A DNA stretch of 64,000 bases from Sphaerodactylus townsendi. Its lineage: Eukaryota. Under the pieces are notes generated by a model that was given only the letters and a program-made list of their open reading frames with translations, had not been told where the DNA came from and did not search any database. Positions 24,245 to 37,506 of this stretch are shown here, piece by piece. The first letter of the stretch is position 1. Every line of letters begins with the position of its first letter. The stretch spans positions 31,806,001 to 31,870,000 of the forward strand of contig NC_059425.1 of assembly GCF_021028975.2 (NCBI RefSeq). Reading direction: 5' to 3'. Made by a program: the position numbers and the translations under genes.

Positions 24245-26164
24245 ATAAAGACCATCTTTAGATCCTGGCGATCTGGCCAATTACCGTCCCGTTTCGAACT
24301 TGTCGTTCCTGGGGAAGGTAATTGAGAGAGTGGTGTTGGAGCAGCTTCAGGGTTTCCTGGAGGATGCATCGGTGCTCGATCCCTTCCAGTCCGGTTTCCG
24401 TGCTGGGCATGGGACGGAGACCGTCCTCATCGCCATCACAGATATGCTCCGCATGCAGCTAGACCAAAGGCCCGGATCAGCGCTGCTTGTGTTACTTGAC
24501 CTCACAGCAGCGTTTGATGTGGTCGATCACGACCTTTTGATCCACCGCCTGCTTGCAGCCTCTCTGGAGTCGCGAGGCGGTGATAAATAATGGATTGCCT
24601 GCGTCGTCCTCCAGGGTCCGGGGGGGTCAGCAGGATGTGAGATAGCGGGAGATGGAGAGCCTCCCCAAAGGGGCTCCCACTTAGTTGTTAGGGGTTCCCC
24701 AGGGGCCTATACTCTCCCGCTTTTATTTAATATCTACATCGACCCCTTGCTCCAGCTGGTCGCGGAGACTTTGGGCTGGATTTGTCACCAATATCACGGA
24801 TGACACCCAGCTCATTCTGTTGGAAATGGAGAGAAGGCGGCCTCTGCCCCTGCAGCTCTACAGCATTGTCTGGAATGGGTAAGCACAATGGTTGGTTGAG
24901 GCAGAAGTAGGTTAAAACTCAATCCAACAAAGGCCGAGGAGGTCCTCTGGCTGGGCGGGGGAGAAGACGAGAGAATTCCGGCGCTTCCTATCTTGGAAAG
25001 GTGCGCTCTGGCCCCGACATCCTGGCCCGCAGCCTGGGGGGTCCGCCTGGACTCTGCCTTGTCAATGGAGAATCCAGGTGACCCATAACCAACCAGGATG
25101 CGATTTTTCATCTTTCGCCAGAAGCGGTTGGCTCCCCTATCTCTCCGGCCCGACCACAGGCCCACTGCTTGATCCATCGCGGCGGTCACCTCGAGGGTTG
25201 GATTACTGTAACTTCGCTGCAGCAGGGCACTTCCCGCTACTAACTTGATCGGAGGAGATTGAAGCTGGTCCAGAATGCAGCTGTTCTACGGCTTCTGACA
25301 GAGGGAATTGATTATTTCGATCATATCACTTACTGTGCTATGCCGTCTGCACTGGCTCCCGAGTGGAAGTTCGGATGGAGTCTTCAGAGTGTTAGTAATA
25401 ACCTTTAAAGGCGCTTCGCAGCGTGACATGGGGCCCTCATACCCTCTTGAGGACCGCATCACCCCTATGCTCTCCCACATGACCCGTGCACGGCTCAAGC
25501 GGTGGCAGAACTGCGCTGGTGACCTATTGCGGCGATCGCGGACTGGCCTCGACCAGACCAACCAGGGCGCTACGGCTCTGGCCCCTGCCTGGTGGAATGC
25601 TCTGCACCTCCATCAGATTCGAGGGCTCTCGCGGGACCTTGGGGAGTTCCGCAGGGCCGCCACCAAAGCAGAGCTATTCCACGGGGCCTTTGGAGAGGCT
25701 GGCAGCGGTTTTACTGCCCCACTGGCCGAGAGGCTGCGGATTTAAGCTGAGGAGCGCTTAATTTTTCATCTTCTGCCAACCCGGTGGGCCCATTGCCGAT
25801 TCCATCTGGGCCCGTCTGTTCCCTCCCTTTCTTCCTCTCTCTCTTTCTTTTTACTGTTTATCTTTTTCCCTCTCCCTTTAGCCTTGGGATTGAAGCAGCC
25901 TGTTTTTAAACTGTTTTAAAGCTGTTTTGAACTGTTTTTTAAACTGTTAGGCACAATGTCGCTTGAGTTTTGAACCGTTTGAAGTGTTTGAACAGTTATA
26001 TTGTTGAGCTGTTTTAAATTATGTCTGATTGCTGCTGGAATTTTAAATTTGTTAAGTTATATTGTTTTTGAGTTGCTGTTGGAAACAGCCATGTTGGGAG
26101 CCGCCTCGAGCCCTTCGGGGAAGAGGCGGCCTACAAGTCTAAAATATAAATAAATAAATAAAAA
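24245..26164 (+). mobile_element. L2 LINE, 5'-truncated (RT to 3' tail), heavily frameshifted
   Basis: NYRPVSNLSFLGK, DPFQSGFRAGHGTET, LLDLTAAFDVVDH, GVPQG, TDDTQL; (TAAA)n tail. Confidence 0.93.
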
Positions 26165-27694
26165 TTTGCAACATATTTGGCAGGGTTCCCATTCACATTC
26201 CTATCATGGCTTTGGCTTTTTTTTTCATGTGAGGTTAAAGTCAGTCTACCATGAGTTGGATTCCAGCACTCATGAGAAAGATCAGCAGCTCTTCAGGAAT
26301 TCTTAGCCTTTTTCCGCAGCAACAAGAAGGTTAAGAGTACTGCTCCCACGTCCATTTGCACCATGCTCTCTTGCTAATGATCTTATGCCGAAATTTGTTT
26401 TAATGCAAGGGGGGAAATGGCCAGAGGAAGGGATGGAGAGAAATGGCCAACCAAGGAAAAGAGAAAGTGGCTGAGGGGGAGGTTCTGCAACCACATGGGA
26501 GGTGGAAAGGGGGCTGGGTGTTTGGTGGACTGGAGAAATAAACAACAAATCAATGTGATTGCATGCTCAAAGGATGCTGGCTTGGAAACTGATCAGGAAA
26601 AAATCTGAGATAAAAGTGTTGATGAAAACATTGGAGGAAAAGTAAAGTGGAAATGTTTCCACAACCAAACAGGGAAAAGCATACAGAATACCACCCCCAC
26701 CCCCCAAAGTAGCATATGGCAGCAGGAAACATTTTAAACAACTTGTGTAGAAAAGGCCATTGTCTGTCGGGGGAGGGGAATACAATATTTCAGGGATCTT
26801 TATAACTATAATAAGATAGGTGAAACTTTTTCCCATCACTATATCTGAATTCTGGGAAAAGATCCACTTGTCAAATGTCTATCCATCCTGCATTTATTTA
26901 AAAGCCGGGATATGTGTGTGTGTGAGTGACAATCCTAATGGAATGTGCTGTTGGAGTAGGCATAATGGATACCTGTGCAATTCTCAAATCATCACCCACA
27001 TGTTCATAAGCAGACACTAATTAGAACATGCTTTCTATTCTTCCAAAGTTTAGTCATCAGCTATGGGACAGCCAAAGTGGCTGGCTCTGACCTTTCAGTA
27101 CAGAATATTAATGTTCCATATTAAATCAAAACGTGTTTATTGCGACTGTCAATAGCCATAGCCAGCACACCAGCAAAACACACTGGTTTGGATTTGAAAG
27201 GCCTCTTACAGGAAGTTCTTCCCTGGCTGAACTTTCTCCTGTTTGCCAGGAGCCTGTATTTGCTTGGAATAGTCTGTGGGTGTTCTCAGCATTGCTGTCA
27301 CATTCTGTTAACACTTGGCCTTCAAGAACTAGCACACACTTCAGCTCTTCTAGCATCCAACTGAACTCGCAGGATTTAGTAGTCATAAAAGACTGGCTCC
27401 CCGTTCATTTCCACCTGTGTCCTGAGAAACAGTGTCCAGAGCTCGATCCCAGAATTAGTTCTCATTCCCGGGGTTCATCTTTAGATCACATAAACCAGGA
27501 AGGCGGTATTCCAGAATGTACAAAGTTCACCTTTTCTTTATGGTTCATTAATCAGAGCAGCCTCCCATCACACATGAAAAGGAGGGGGTAACTTTTGCTC
27601 CAAAATATCTCATTTCAAGACATTAAATACAGTTTAACATTCATTATGTTTGCTAGATTCTACTAAGGCCTAAATGACCTTGAATGACCCTCGC

Positions 27695-27858
27695 TAGCCT
27701 GATCTTGTCATATCTTGAAAGCTAAGATGAGAAAGGTCAACCCTGGTTAATACTCAGAAGAGAGACCATTGAGGAAGTCCAGGATTGCTACACATGGCAA
27801 ACCACCCCTGAAAACCCCACAGGGTTGCCATAATTTGGCTGCGACTTGATGGTACTTT
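27695..27858 (+). mobile_element. 5S rRNA-headed SINE (5S-Sauria-like)
   Basis: GCCTGATCTTGTC.ATCTTGAAAGCTAAG...CCTGGTTAATACT...GAGACC resembles 5S rRNA; followed by a GGCAAACCACC...GCGACTTGATGG RTE/Sauria-like tail. Confidence 0.65.
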
Positions 27859-28869
27859 GTCCCCCCCAAGGCAATATACAGTTGTGTGCATGTTAAGTAT
27901 ATTGGTCTTTAGAATCCTCTGGATTAGTGAGTGGATTTGTTCCACATTTTTTTGGTTTTGCTACAGAGACACAATAAATGATAAAACACGTTTTCCTGTT
28001 CACATAACCGGGATAGCCGTGATGGGAAAGCTCACCAATTATTCGGGATGATGTATAAAGCAATTATTAATTTATTGTTGAATAGAACCCAGCTACAGCT
28101 AAGTGAATGTCTGAAAAGACGAAAGGATCAGTACGCTGATAAAGAGTTCCTTTTTCGAAAACGGTGACAAAACGTGTGTTCTGTTTTGAAGCTCCTTTGG
28201 ATTCTCTTTGAAATCTAACTCCAGGTGTGGCTGATTACGGCATTAACCATCTCTATGTGGAAACAGCACATTAAGCTGCATATGTTCGTCCCAAAGCAAG
28301 GTGATTGCTTGCCCTCGAATAAAACTTTGTGGAATGCTCAATACAGTCTGTGCAATCATTCATAACGAATAGTTCAATTCAGAACTAGAAGTATAATATC
28401 TCTGACTCAAATACAGCATTGGATGCACTTCCCCTTTAAGGAGGATGGGAAGGTACCTAATAGAGTTGGATGATGTTTAGAGAATTTGAAATGCATACAG
28501 TGATTCAGTGAGAAACGTTGTGCATTTAGACACTCAATGAAGGGAATTGCTCTTTGTAGATGTTGCTTGCCAGTGTCTGTTTTCTGATCTTATGAGACTG
28601 AGTGTGTTTGAATGGTATACTTTTTAAGACTGTAGAAAATTTATGCTAGCACTTGTCTCATTGCGATTTCACTTCTTTGTTATTATATGCATGTCTTTAT
28701 GATAAGGTTTTGCACATCTGTGCACAGATTAAAATAGGTTTAGCGGCAGAGTGCAACACGTTCTTTTTCATTTACATTTTAACAATAACATATTCATCAT
28801 CTGAGCACAATTCTACTTCAAATTCAGCCTTGGCTTGCTCAGAATCATAAGAATTTTTGTCTAAGCCTT

Positions 28870-30515
28870 TCTGATAATTGTACATTAAAAACTATTGGCA
28901 AGTATATCCTTAATTCTATTAATTGTACATTCCCCTTGGTAAAAGTCTAATATATCTCGATAGTTAACCACCTATGCTTGTGTTGGGAGCCATAACTGTG
29001 TTATTGGACACAACCTAAATTTATATTTTCTCCATATTCTCCAAATGGCATGTCTAACAAAATGAATTTTAAAGTCCATATTAACTTTAACTTCATTACA
29101 TCACAAATAGCTATACCATCCAAATGTCAAATCGTGCCTTTCCAACTCCTATAGCCTTCTATTTCTCAGCAACACCCACTCAAACGACGGTAACCAACAA
29201 ACAGCAAAATATAATTTCAAGTCCAGTGAACCCCGTGCTCTCTTATCTTTGCATCTTGCAATACATTATATTTAACTCTTAGTTTTTTCCCTTGCCATTC
29301 AAATCTAGATATATCCTTCTGCCATTGTTTAAATGGTGTATCAGTTGTCAACATAGGTATTATCTGAAACAAAAATAACATTCTAGATAAAACATTCATC
29401 TTTAATCACAGATATCCTCCCTAACAAAGATAACTGCAATTTATCCCACCTTGACATACTTTTTTAATTCATTCCATGTCTTAACCCAATCATTTTGAAA
29501 CAATATACAATTCATATTTGTCAAAGTAATGCCCAGATATTTTACCTTCTTTTCGATCTTAAAACCTGTTTCATTCATCAAATCTGATCTTGTATTTTTA
29601 TATATTTTGTTAAAATCCTTGTTTTCTGTACATTAACCTTAAAACAAGCTACAGTATCAAAATATTTCAGTTTTGTCATTAATAATTCTATTCCCCGTTA
29701 AGAGACATTCTAAAATGAATACCAGATCATCTGCCAAGGTTCTTAATTTATAAATCTCACTTTTGATCTTCACGCCTGTAATCCTCTCATCTCGTCTTAT
29801 ATCTCTATTCAGTATTTCAAGAACAAGACAGAGAACAGAGAGCAACCTTGTCTTGTTCCTTTTTGAATCTCAAATAGTTTAGTTAAGCCTCCATTAATGA
29901 TAATTGTGCTGTCTGTGGAGCATAGATTGATTTCACCCATTTTATAAAGCCGTCTTATAATCCAAATGCATATCTTCCAAAACTTTGAAGAAGAGTTTGA
30001 AGAGTTTGGATTTATATCCCCCCTTTCTCTCCTGTAGGAGACTCAAAGGGGCTTACAATCTCCTTGCCCTTCCCCCCGCACAACAAACACCCTGTGCGGT
30101 GGGTGGGGCTGAGAGAGCTCCAAGAAGCTGTGACTAGCCCAAGGTCACCCAGCTGGCGTGTGTGGGAGTGTACAAGCTAATCTGAATTCCCCAGATAAGC
30201 CTCCACACCTCAGGCGGCAGAGCTGGGAATCAAACCTGGATCCTCCAGATTAGATACAAGAGCTCTTAACTTCCTACGCCACTGCTGCTCTCCAGAACAG
30301 AAATTTCCAGTTCAGTTTGTCAAACACCTTCTCCACATCTAAGATCAGTGTTCATTTTTCAAAATATTCCAAAATAACATATTTCCAACATTGTTCCTCA
30401 ATTGTCTTTTAAATAAAATCCCACACTGATCTTCATAAATAAATCCTTACAAAATAATTTCAAATCTTTTAGTTAAGACAATTGTAAATAACTTGTAATT
30501 ATTTTCAATAATGAT
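28870..30515 (-). mobile_element. Degenerate L1/Tx1-clade LINE ORF2 fragment
   Basis: Minus-strand translations LDVEKVFDKLNWKFL, YKLRTLADDLVFIL, MNVLSRMLFLFQIIP...FEWQGKK. Confidence 0.85.
29987..30292 (-). mobile_element. Squam3-like SINE inserted in the L1 remnant
   Basis: Full-length reverse complement of the copy at 15936. Confidence 0.9.
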
Positions 30516-30519
30516 CTTC

Positions 30520-30732
30520 TTCCAATCTGGAGAACTGGGTTCAATTCCCCACTCCTTCTCCTGAGTGGCAGAGGCTTATCTGGTGAACCAGATGCATTTC
30601 CACACTCCTACATTCCTGCTGGGTGACCTTAGGCTTATCACAGTTCTTTGGAACTCTCTCAGCCCCACCTACCTTACAAGGTGTCTGTTGTGGAGAGAGG
30701 AAGGCAAAGGAGTTTGTAAGCCACCTCGAGTC
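30520..30732 (+). mobile_element. Older Squam3-like SINE
   Basis: CTGGGTTCAATTCCCC...GGGTGACCTT...CTCTCAGCCCCACC. Confidence 0.7.
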
Positions 30733-31404
30733 AAGAAATAATTAAAAAGATATATGGAGATAAAATACATCCTGTCTGATACCTGTTTTCTCCATATTCT
30801 GCCCTTACGGTAGCCTCTTGTCAGGAGTACGGGGCCATTTCTGCACAAAGTGTTTAAAACATTTTCCAAACGTTTTGAAAAGAATAGTTTTTGTGGGTTT
30901 TGTCCTTATAGCCCATAAAAATAAAATGTTTCAGGTGAAAAAGGTTCTTTAAACACACACACACACACACCTTTGAATGCATGGCAAATGCATATTAATA
31001 ATTTTATTTAGAGCAACAAAAGATCAAAAATAAGATTTAAAGTTTTACAAAATGAAAAATAGAGAGGCGGTTTAGCCATACCCAATATCAAATTATACCA
31101 ACAAGCAGCAGGAATTGTATGGATTGTTGACTGAATACAAAGCCAAATTTAAGAACTAAAAAAATTGAAACAGCAGATTTAACAATGGGTATACAATTAT
31201 TTATGGAGGGGAAAACCCAATCAAAAGACAGATTTGATTAGAAAAAAACTCCTATGTGCTAAGAAAATGACTTTTTGAAATCTGGAGAAAAACTCACGAC
31301 TTAGCCCCCCAACCTCACCTTTAAAATCGGAGGATGACTAGGAGGAGGAGGAGGACGACGACGACTACTATTGTGAGAACTATTTGCAGGAAGAGAATCT
31401 GAAG

Positions 31405-32195
31405 AACTGAGTCAAATTGAGGTGATAAGTTCTAGACATACTGGAGAAATTAAAACCAGTAAGTCTCCAGGGCCTGATTGGCATATACCTGAGTTCTTAG
31501 GGAACTCAAATGCAAAATTGTTGATCTTCTAACCTATACAGTGAAGCCTCGGTTTTCGTCAGTAATCCATCCAAAAACAATTGGCGAAATCCAAAACCGA
31601 TGAAAACTGAGGCAATTATTTCCATATGAATCAATGTAAATCCAATTAATTCGTTCTAGACATTCCAAAATACATACCAAAACACATTTTATAGAGAATA
31701 AATATAGTGTTTAATACTAAAAACAATAAGAAATTAATGTAATATAAAGAATAAATGAACATTTAACATGGCGAGGGTGGGAGAGCGGTGCAGATATAAT
31801 TGTTTGGAAGGGGAATCAAAATAGACGCACGAGGTGATGCTCGCATAATGAGAAAAAATGCCACACTGAGCAGGAAATTAGCAGCGAGGTCACGTGGGCA
31901 CGCCAACAAAATCGGCAAAATCCAACAAAATCTGAGGCAACCAACGAAAACTGAGACAAAATTTTCATGGAAAAAAATCGACAAAAAACGAAACCGACGA
32001 AAACCAAAGTGAATGAAAACTGAGGTTTCACTGTATATGTGACTTCTCTTATGGATTAAAAATTGATTATATAACAGGAAGCATAGAGTAGGAATAAATA
32101 GACAGTTCTCACAATGGAGGGAAGTAAGCAGTGGGGTCTGACAAGGATTGGTATTGTGGCCAGTTCTATTTAATTTGTTCATAAGTGATCTGGAA
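31405..32195 (+). mobile_element. Old CR1 fragment interrupted by a Tigger-like MITE
   Basis: AAGTCTCCAGGGCCTGAT (KSPGPD) and TGGATTAAAAAT...CAATGGAGGGAAGTAAGCAGTGGGGT match the CR1 RT region. Confidence 0.7.
31539..32033. mobile_element. Tc/mariner (Tigger/pogo-like) MITE
   Basis: TIR CAGTGAAGCCTCGGTTTTC / GAAAACTGAGGTTTCACTG; TA flanks. Confidence 0.85.
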
Positions 32196-32209
32196 CTTTT
32201 GAAGGGGGC

Positions 32210-34065
32210 CTCCTTGGATTCTGCAGAGCTAGGCAACTATTGCCCGGTGGTCAAGATCCCATTTTTAGGCAAGGTCCTGGAGACAATGGTGGCTGCTCAA
32301 CTGTAGACATACTTGGAGAAAACTGGTTTTCTGGACCCATGTCAATCTGGTTTCTGGCATGGTCATGGTCAAACAGTGGGAATGCCACCCTGTTGATTCT
32401 ACTGGATCTCTCAGCAACATTCAGTATCATAGACCATGGTATTGACAGACTCTGAGGAATGAGGTTTATTGAGAAATTTATTGAGAAAACTCAGCAATCA
32501 AGGAATAAGAGGGGAAGTCCTCCTATGGATTAAAAACTGGTTGAGAAACAGGAAGCAAAGAGTGGGTGTAAATGGGAAATTCTCACAATGGAGAGATGTC
32601 GGGAGTGGTGTCCCCCAAGGATCCGTTTTGGGACCAGTGCTCTTTAACCTATTCATAAATGACCTGGAAGTAGGGGTGGGTAGCGTGGTGGCCAAGTTTG
32701 CAGATGATACCAAATTATGTAAGGTGGTGAGAACCACAAAGGATTGTGAAGAGCTCCAAGCGGACCTTGATAAATTAGGTGAGTGGGCTAGGAAATGGCA
32801 AATGCAGTTCAATGTAGCAAAATGTAAAGTGATGCACATAGGGGCAAAAAATCCAAACTTCACATACACGCTACAGGGGTCAGTGCTATCAGTCACAGAC
32901 CAGGAAAGGGATTTGGGCGTCTTAGTTGATAGTTCCATGGGAATGTCAACTCAATGCATGGCAGCTGTGAAAAAGGCAAATTCTATGCTGGGGATCATTA
33001 GGAAAGGAATTGATAATAAAACTGCAAAGATTGTCATGCCCTTATATAAAGCTGTGGTGCGACCGCACTTGGAGTACTGTGTTCAGTTCTGGTCGCCGCA
33101 TCTCAAAAAGGATATCGAAGAGATAGAAAAAGTGCAGAGAAGGGCAACTAGGATGATTGAGGGACTAGAGCGCCTTCCTTATGAGGAGAGGCTGCAGCGT
33201 TAGGGACTCTTTAGTTTGGAGAGGAGACGTCTGAGGGGGGATATGATTGAAGTCTATAAAATTATGCATGGGGTAGAAAATGTTGACAGGGAGAAATTTT
33301 TCTCTCTTTCTCACAATACTAGAACCAGGGGGCATCCATTGAAAATGCTGGGCGGAAGAATTAGGACTAATAAAAGGAAACACTTCTTCACGCAACGTGT
33401 GATTGGTGTTTGGAATATGCTGCCACAGGAGGTGGTGATAGCCACTAACTTGGATAACTTTAAAAGGGGCTTGGACAGATTTATGGAGGAGAAGTCGATT
33501 TATGGCTACCAATCTTGATCCTCTTTGATCTTAGATTGCAAATGCCTTAACAGTCCAGGTGCTCGGGAGCAACAGCCGCAGAAGGGCATTGCTTTCACAT
33601 CCTGCAGGTGAGCTCCCAAAGGCACCTGGTGGGCCACTGCAAGTAGCAGAGAGCTGGACTAGATGGACTCTGGTCTGATCCAGCTGGCTTGTTCTTATGT
33701 TCTTATGTACTTATGAGGTTGGGGGTTACTGCACTACAGTGGTTCTCCTCCTATCTCTGGGGTCAGTTTCAGAAGATAGCAATGGGTCACAAGTACTCGC
33801 AGTCCTGGGAGCTCCCTCGTGCTGTTCCCCAGGGCTTGGTCCTGTCTCTGATGTTGTTTAACATCTATATGAAACTGCTGGGAGAGATCATCAGGAGATT
33901 TGGAGTTGGGTGTCAACAATATGTGGACAACAGTCAGCAATATGCCTCCATTTCATCAGACTCAGGAGAGGCATTCTATGCGCTGGACCACTGCCTGGAA
34001 GCCGTTATGGGCTGGATGAGGACCAATAAACTGAAGCTAAATCCAGATAAGATGACAGTAAGCCT
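32210..34065 (+). mobile_element. Old L2 RT fragment split by a CR1 insertion
   Basis: LLILLDLSATFSIIDHG before the CR1, then ALQWFSSYL...VPQG...YVDNSQ...KLKLNPDK after it. Confidence 0.8.
32467..33712 (+). mobile_element. Young 5'-truncated CR1 LINE (RT domain)
   Basis: GVPQGSVLGPVLF, KFADDTKL, RPHLEYCVQFWSP; single in-frame TAG at 33201, frame then continues to 33518; (TTCTTATG)n tail; TSD ATGAGGTT (32459-66 and 33713-20). Confidence 0.96.
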
Positions 34066-36226
34066 CTAAGTGCCACAAGGCCTCAAACCCTGTTGTTTGA
34101 CCTCCAAAGGAACTGGTTGGCCACTGTGAGACAAGATGCTGGACCAGATGGACTGCTGGTCTGATCCAGCAGGGCTCTTGTGTTCTTATCCCTGATGAGA
34201 CCAACTGGATCTCTCATCCTGGGAGAGGGATGATATCACTTGAAATGAACTGAGGGCCAGCTCTAGGCCTAGGCCATTACAGGGTGGAGCTCTTGAAATG
34301 CAGCTCAGTCACACTGGAGGTGGGTTATTGGGTAGCCTCTAAAAGTTAACAAGTTAACCAGCTAAGGGGTAAAGCCACAAAATGGGTTAATGGGAATGAC
34401 TGGAATTGTTTCCTTAAGCTTGCTCTGCCTGCATTGAGGCTGTCTCTGCCAGTGCAACAGAACCGTGGTGGGCACTGACACACACAGACACACCCCACTG
34501 CAACTTATCACATTCTTTCAGGGCTATACCATAAGAATATATATGTCACTCGAATATATATGTTACTCTTTAATGTGCCACTGGAAGTTTTTACTTTACT
34601 GGAACTGAACAACATAGATATCTCCTTTGCCTTGTGTATTCTCCAGATCACAATGAGAGGAAGGCCATACTCCTATCATGTTTTACCTAAATCCCAATTG
34701 GTATGTGTGTTTTTGCTCAATATAGAGCTTTCTATAGATGGGGAAGCACTCAGATTTTTAAACTATTTGAGTCACTTTATTACTCACAAAAGAAACCCAC
34801 AGGGATGAAAGGAAAGAGGGGAAGAACAGAGTATACAGCTAAAGTTGTACTGTAGGTTTGTTCTTATTTGAAGAAGGTTGTTTCTGGGAGTTCCATTTCA
34901 TAGAGCTACAACTCAGGGAAGAGAAACAGGTGGTAGCTGGACCGCTTTTTTCTCGGTAGAGGAAATGATGTATTTATTATAAATTTCAACTTTGCTAATA
35001 AGGTCTTAGTTGTGGATTTGATGCTGCTGGAAAGGCAGCAGAGGAAACACATGCACCTACTGGAAATCAGGAAAAGGGTAACATGTGGTTTTGATTCAGT
35101 GTAAGGAAGAATTGTCAGCTCCTTTGAGTCTCCTTACGGGAGAGAAAGCGGGGATATAAATCCAATTCTTCTTCTCTTCCTCTTCTTCTGTAATTGGTTT
35201 TATGACAAAAACAGAGTTCTTATACACAAGATGACATTGTCCCAAGGTAACCTTGGAAAAAATGAAAGTTAATAACACCTGACAAGAATATGTCTGACAC
35301 CAGGATGTGGTTTTGCACTTAGTATTTGAATTTGCTTGCTTTCATTTTCCCTTTTATGTTATAAGTGTTGCTTTGAAACTGTCTTGAATGCAATGTCTTG
35401 AATGCAGTGGCAGAGAGATGGTACATAAATGTCTAAAATGTATTGCTAAAGGACAAGATTGAAAAAAAATCACCAAATTTTCCAAATAAGAGTGACAAAA
35501 CAAAATATGTTAAATTAGCACATGAAGGATCAAAAGAAGGTTGTTCATGATCTACAGGGATGGCAGTAAGATTCTATACATTTATGTGCATTAATTTAAT
35601 GAGTGTCAATGCATTGCATCAGTTTACCTTCAGGCTGTGTGTGCATTTTTTTACTAGTTTAATATATTGTGGCTCTCTTATTTTTGTCTCAAAACAGATA
35701 CCTATGTAACAAGAAACTACATGTATGTTAAAACTGTTATTGGCTAAATTGATCCATGGGAAGATCATCAATTATGAAATACCTTTTTATTAGGACCAAC
35801 CAAAATATAAAATACAGTTGAGTTCTGGGGACCTCAAAGGCTGGCACTCACGAATAAGTATAAAAAGAAAGGACGGGAGACATGTTTCAGGTTAGATATC
35901 AGTATTTTAACAAGTGAGCTAGGGAGAGAGAAAATAGATGTTTCATGGTATATTAGTGTGGTCTAAAATCTGTAATTTGTAGTCATATAGCCTACTTGTA
36001 CTTATTTTTCTGGTATTAATAACTTCCTACAGAGAAACAAGTGCATACAACTTTATCAACATGCTCTAAATTTGAACAACATGGTTACAGATATTATCGG
36101 GAGGAAGCAGGGAATAAAATAATAAATTAAAAAGCTAAACACTGTTTTCTGGATTTTATAAAAACTGGACATAAGCATAATGCAAGTATGCACTGTATAT
36201 GTATATAGTTGTGTGAGTAAAATGAT

Positions 36227-36324
36227 TAAGCAGAGGTGGTTTGCCACTGCCTTCCCTCTGCAGAGTCTTCCTTGGAGGTCTCCCTTCCAAGTACTGACCT
36301 TGTTTAGTTTCCAGGTTCGGTTGG
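36227..36324 (-). mobile_element. 5S-Sauria-like SINE fragment
   Basis: Reverse complement reads GTCAGTACTTGGAAGGGAGACC...GGCAAACCACCTCTG. Confidence 0.6.
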
Positions 36325-36668
36325 AATGTAAATTCAGCTCTATAACCAGCTGCACACAGTTCCTGAAGTTGGTTTTTTTAAATATCCTACTTTTCACTGC
36401 CTTAAGGAGTCTCAGTTGCATTCCCTTCCTCTCCCCACGATAGGCACCTTCTCGGGTTAGTGGGACTGAGAGAGTTCTGTGAGAACTGTGACTGGTCTAA
36501 GGACACCAGCAGGATTAATGTGGAGGAGCAGGAAATTGAACCTGGCTCTCTAGATTGCCCTCAAGTTTGGGAATAATCTCCCCTCAGAGGTCCAACATTC
36601 TTAACCACTATACCAACCTGGCCTCATATTGAGAAAAACTGGACATTCGTGTCCTGAGAACAAATCAG

Positions 36669-36985
36669 CTAGTGTGGTGTTGTGGTTAAGAGTGGTAGAT
36701 TGCAATCTGGAGAATTGAGTTAGATTCTCCACTCCTCCACATGAGTGGCAAACTCTTATCTGGGGAATTGGATTTGTTTTCCTTCTCACATACAAGAAGC
36801 CTGCTGGGTGACCTGCTCATATACAAGAAGACCTGCTGGGTCACAGTTCTCTCAAAACTCTCTCAGCCCCACCCACCTCACAAGGTGTCTGTTGTGGGGT
36901 GAGGAAGGGAGGGAGTTTGTAAGCTGCTTTGAGGCTTCTTACAGGAGAGAAAGGAGGAGTATAAATCCAAACTTTTCTTCTTCTA
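36669..36985 (+). mobile_element. Squam3-like SINE
   Basis: GTGGTGTTGTGGTTAAGAG head to ATAAATCCAAACTTTTCTTCTTC tail; small internal duplication. Confidence 0.8.
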
Positions 36986-37506
36986 CTTCCTCCAGTGGCA
37001 ATATGAGTGATGAGTAAACGTTGGTGTATCTGTCACCTGTGGTATATCTGTGGTAAAGTAACTTTACAGCTCCAATGCTACCATGCAATTTGTCTTACAG
37101 CTGAATCACACTTAATGTGTCAAGAGTGTTTGTCGCAGCAGACACCTTAGAGTGTGAAGTGGAAAGACTTATTTGTGATAATCACCAGATTTATACAAGA
37201 AACCTGCAGCCAGCTATGGGCTATTACAGATGTTGTAGCAGCCACAGGTGGTTTGTTATTGTGCATGTCCTCCATTATATGTAAGTACATTTAGCATGTA
37301 GCAGAGAGACTGGACTAGATGGACTTTGGTCTGATCCAGCTGGCTTGTTCTTATGTGAGATATTTCCTATCAACTAATGTTGATTGAGGGTTAACACAGT
37401 AGGGCAGATACTGTTTTTTGTGCTTATATGTTAATACAAATGTATTAATTATTTGATGATTTATAAGCATGGATATATATGATAGGATTCTCACGTGGAA
37501 TGTTTT

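Noticed and set aside
27695-27800. Possible 5S rRNA gene
   Set aside because: Truncated, diverged and fused to a retro-tail
32469-33518. RT ORF as a domesticated gene or stop read-through system
   Set aside because: Ordinary 5'-truncated CR1 with tail and TSD; the TAG is best explained as a point mutation
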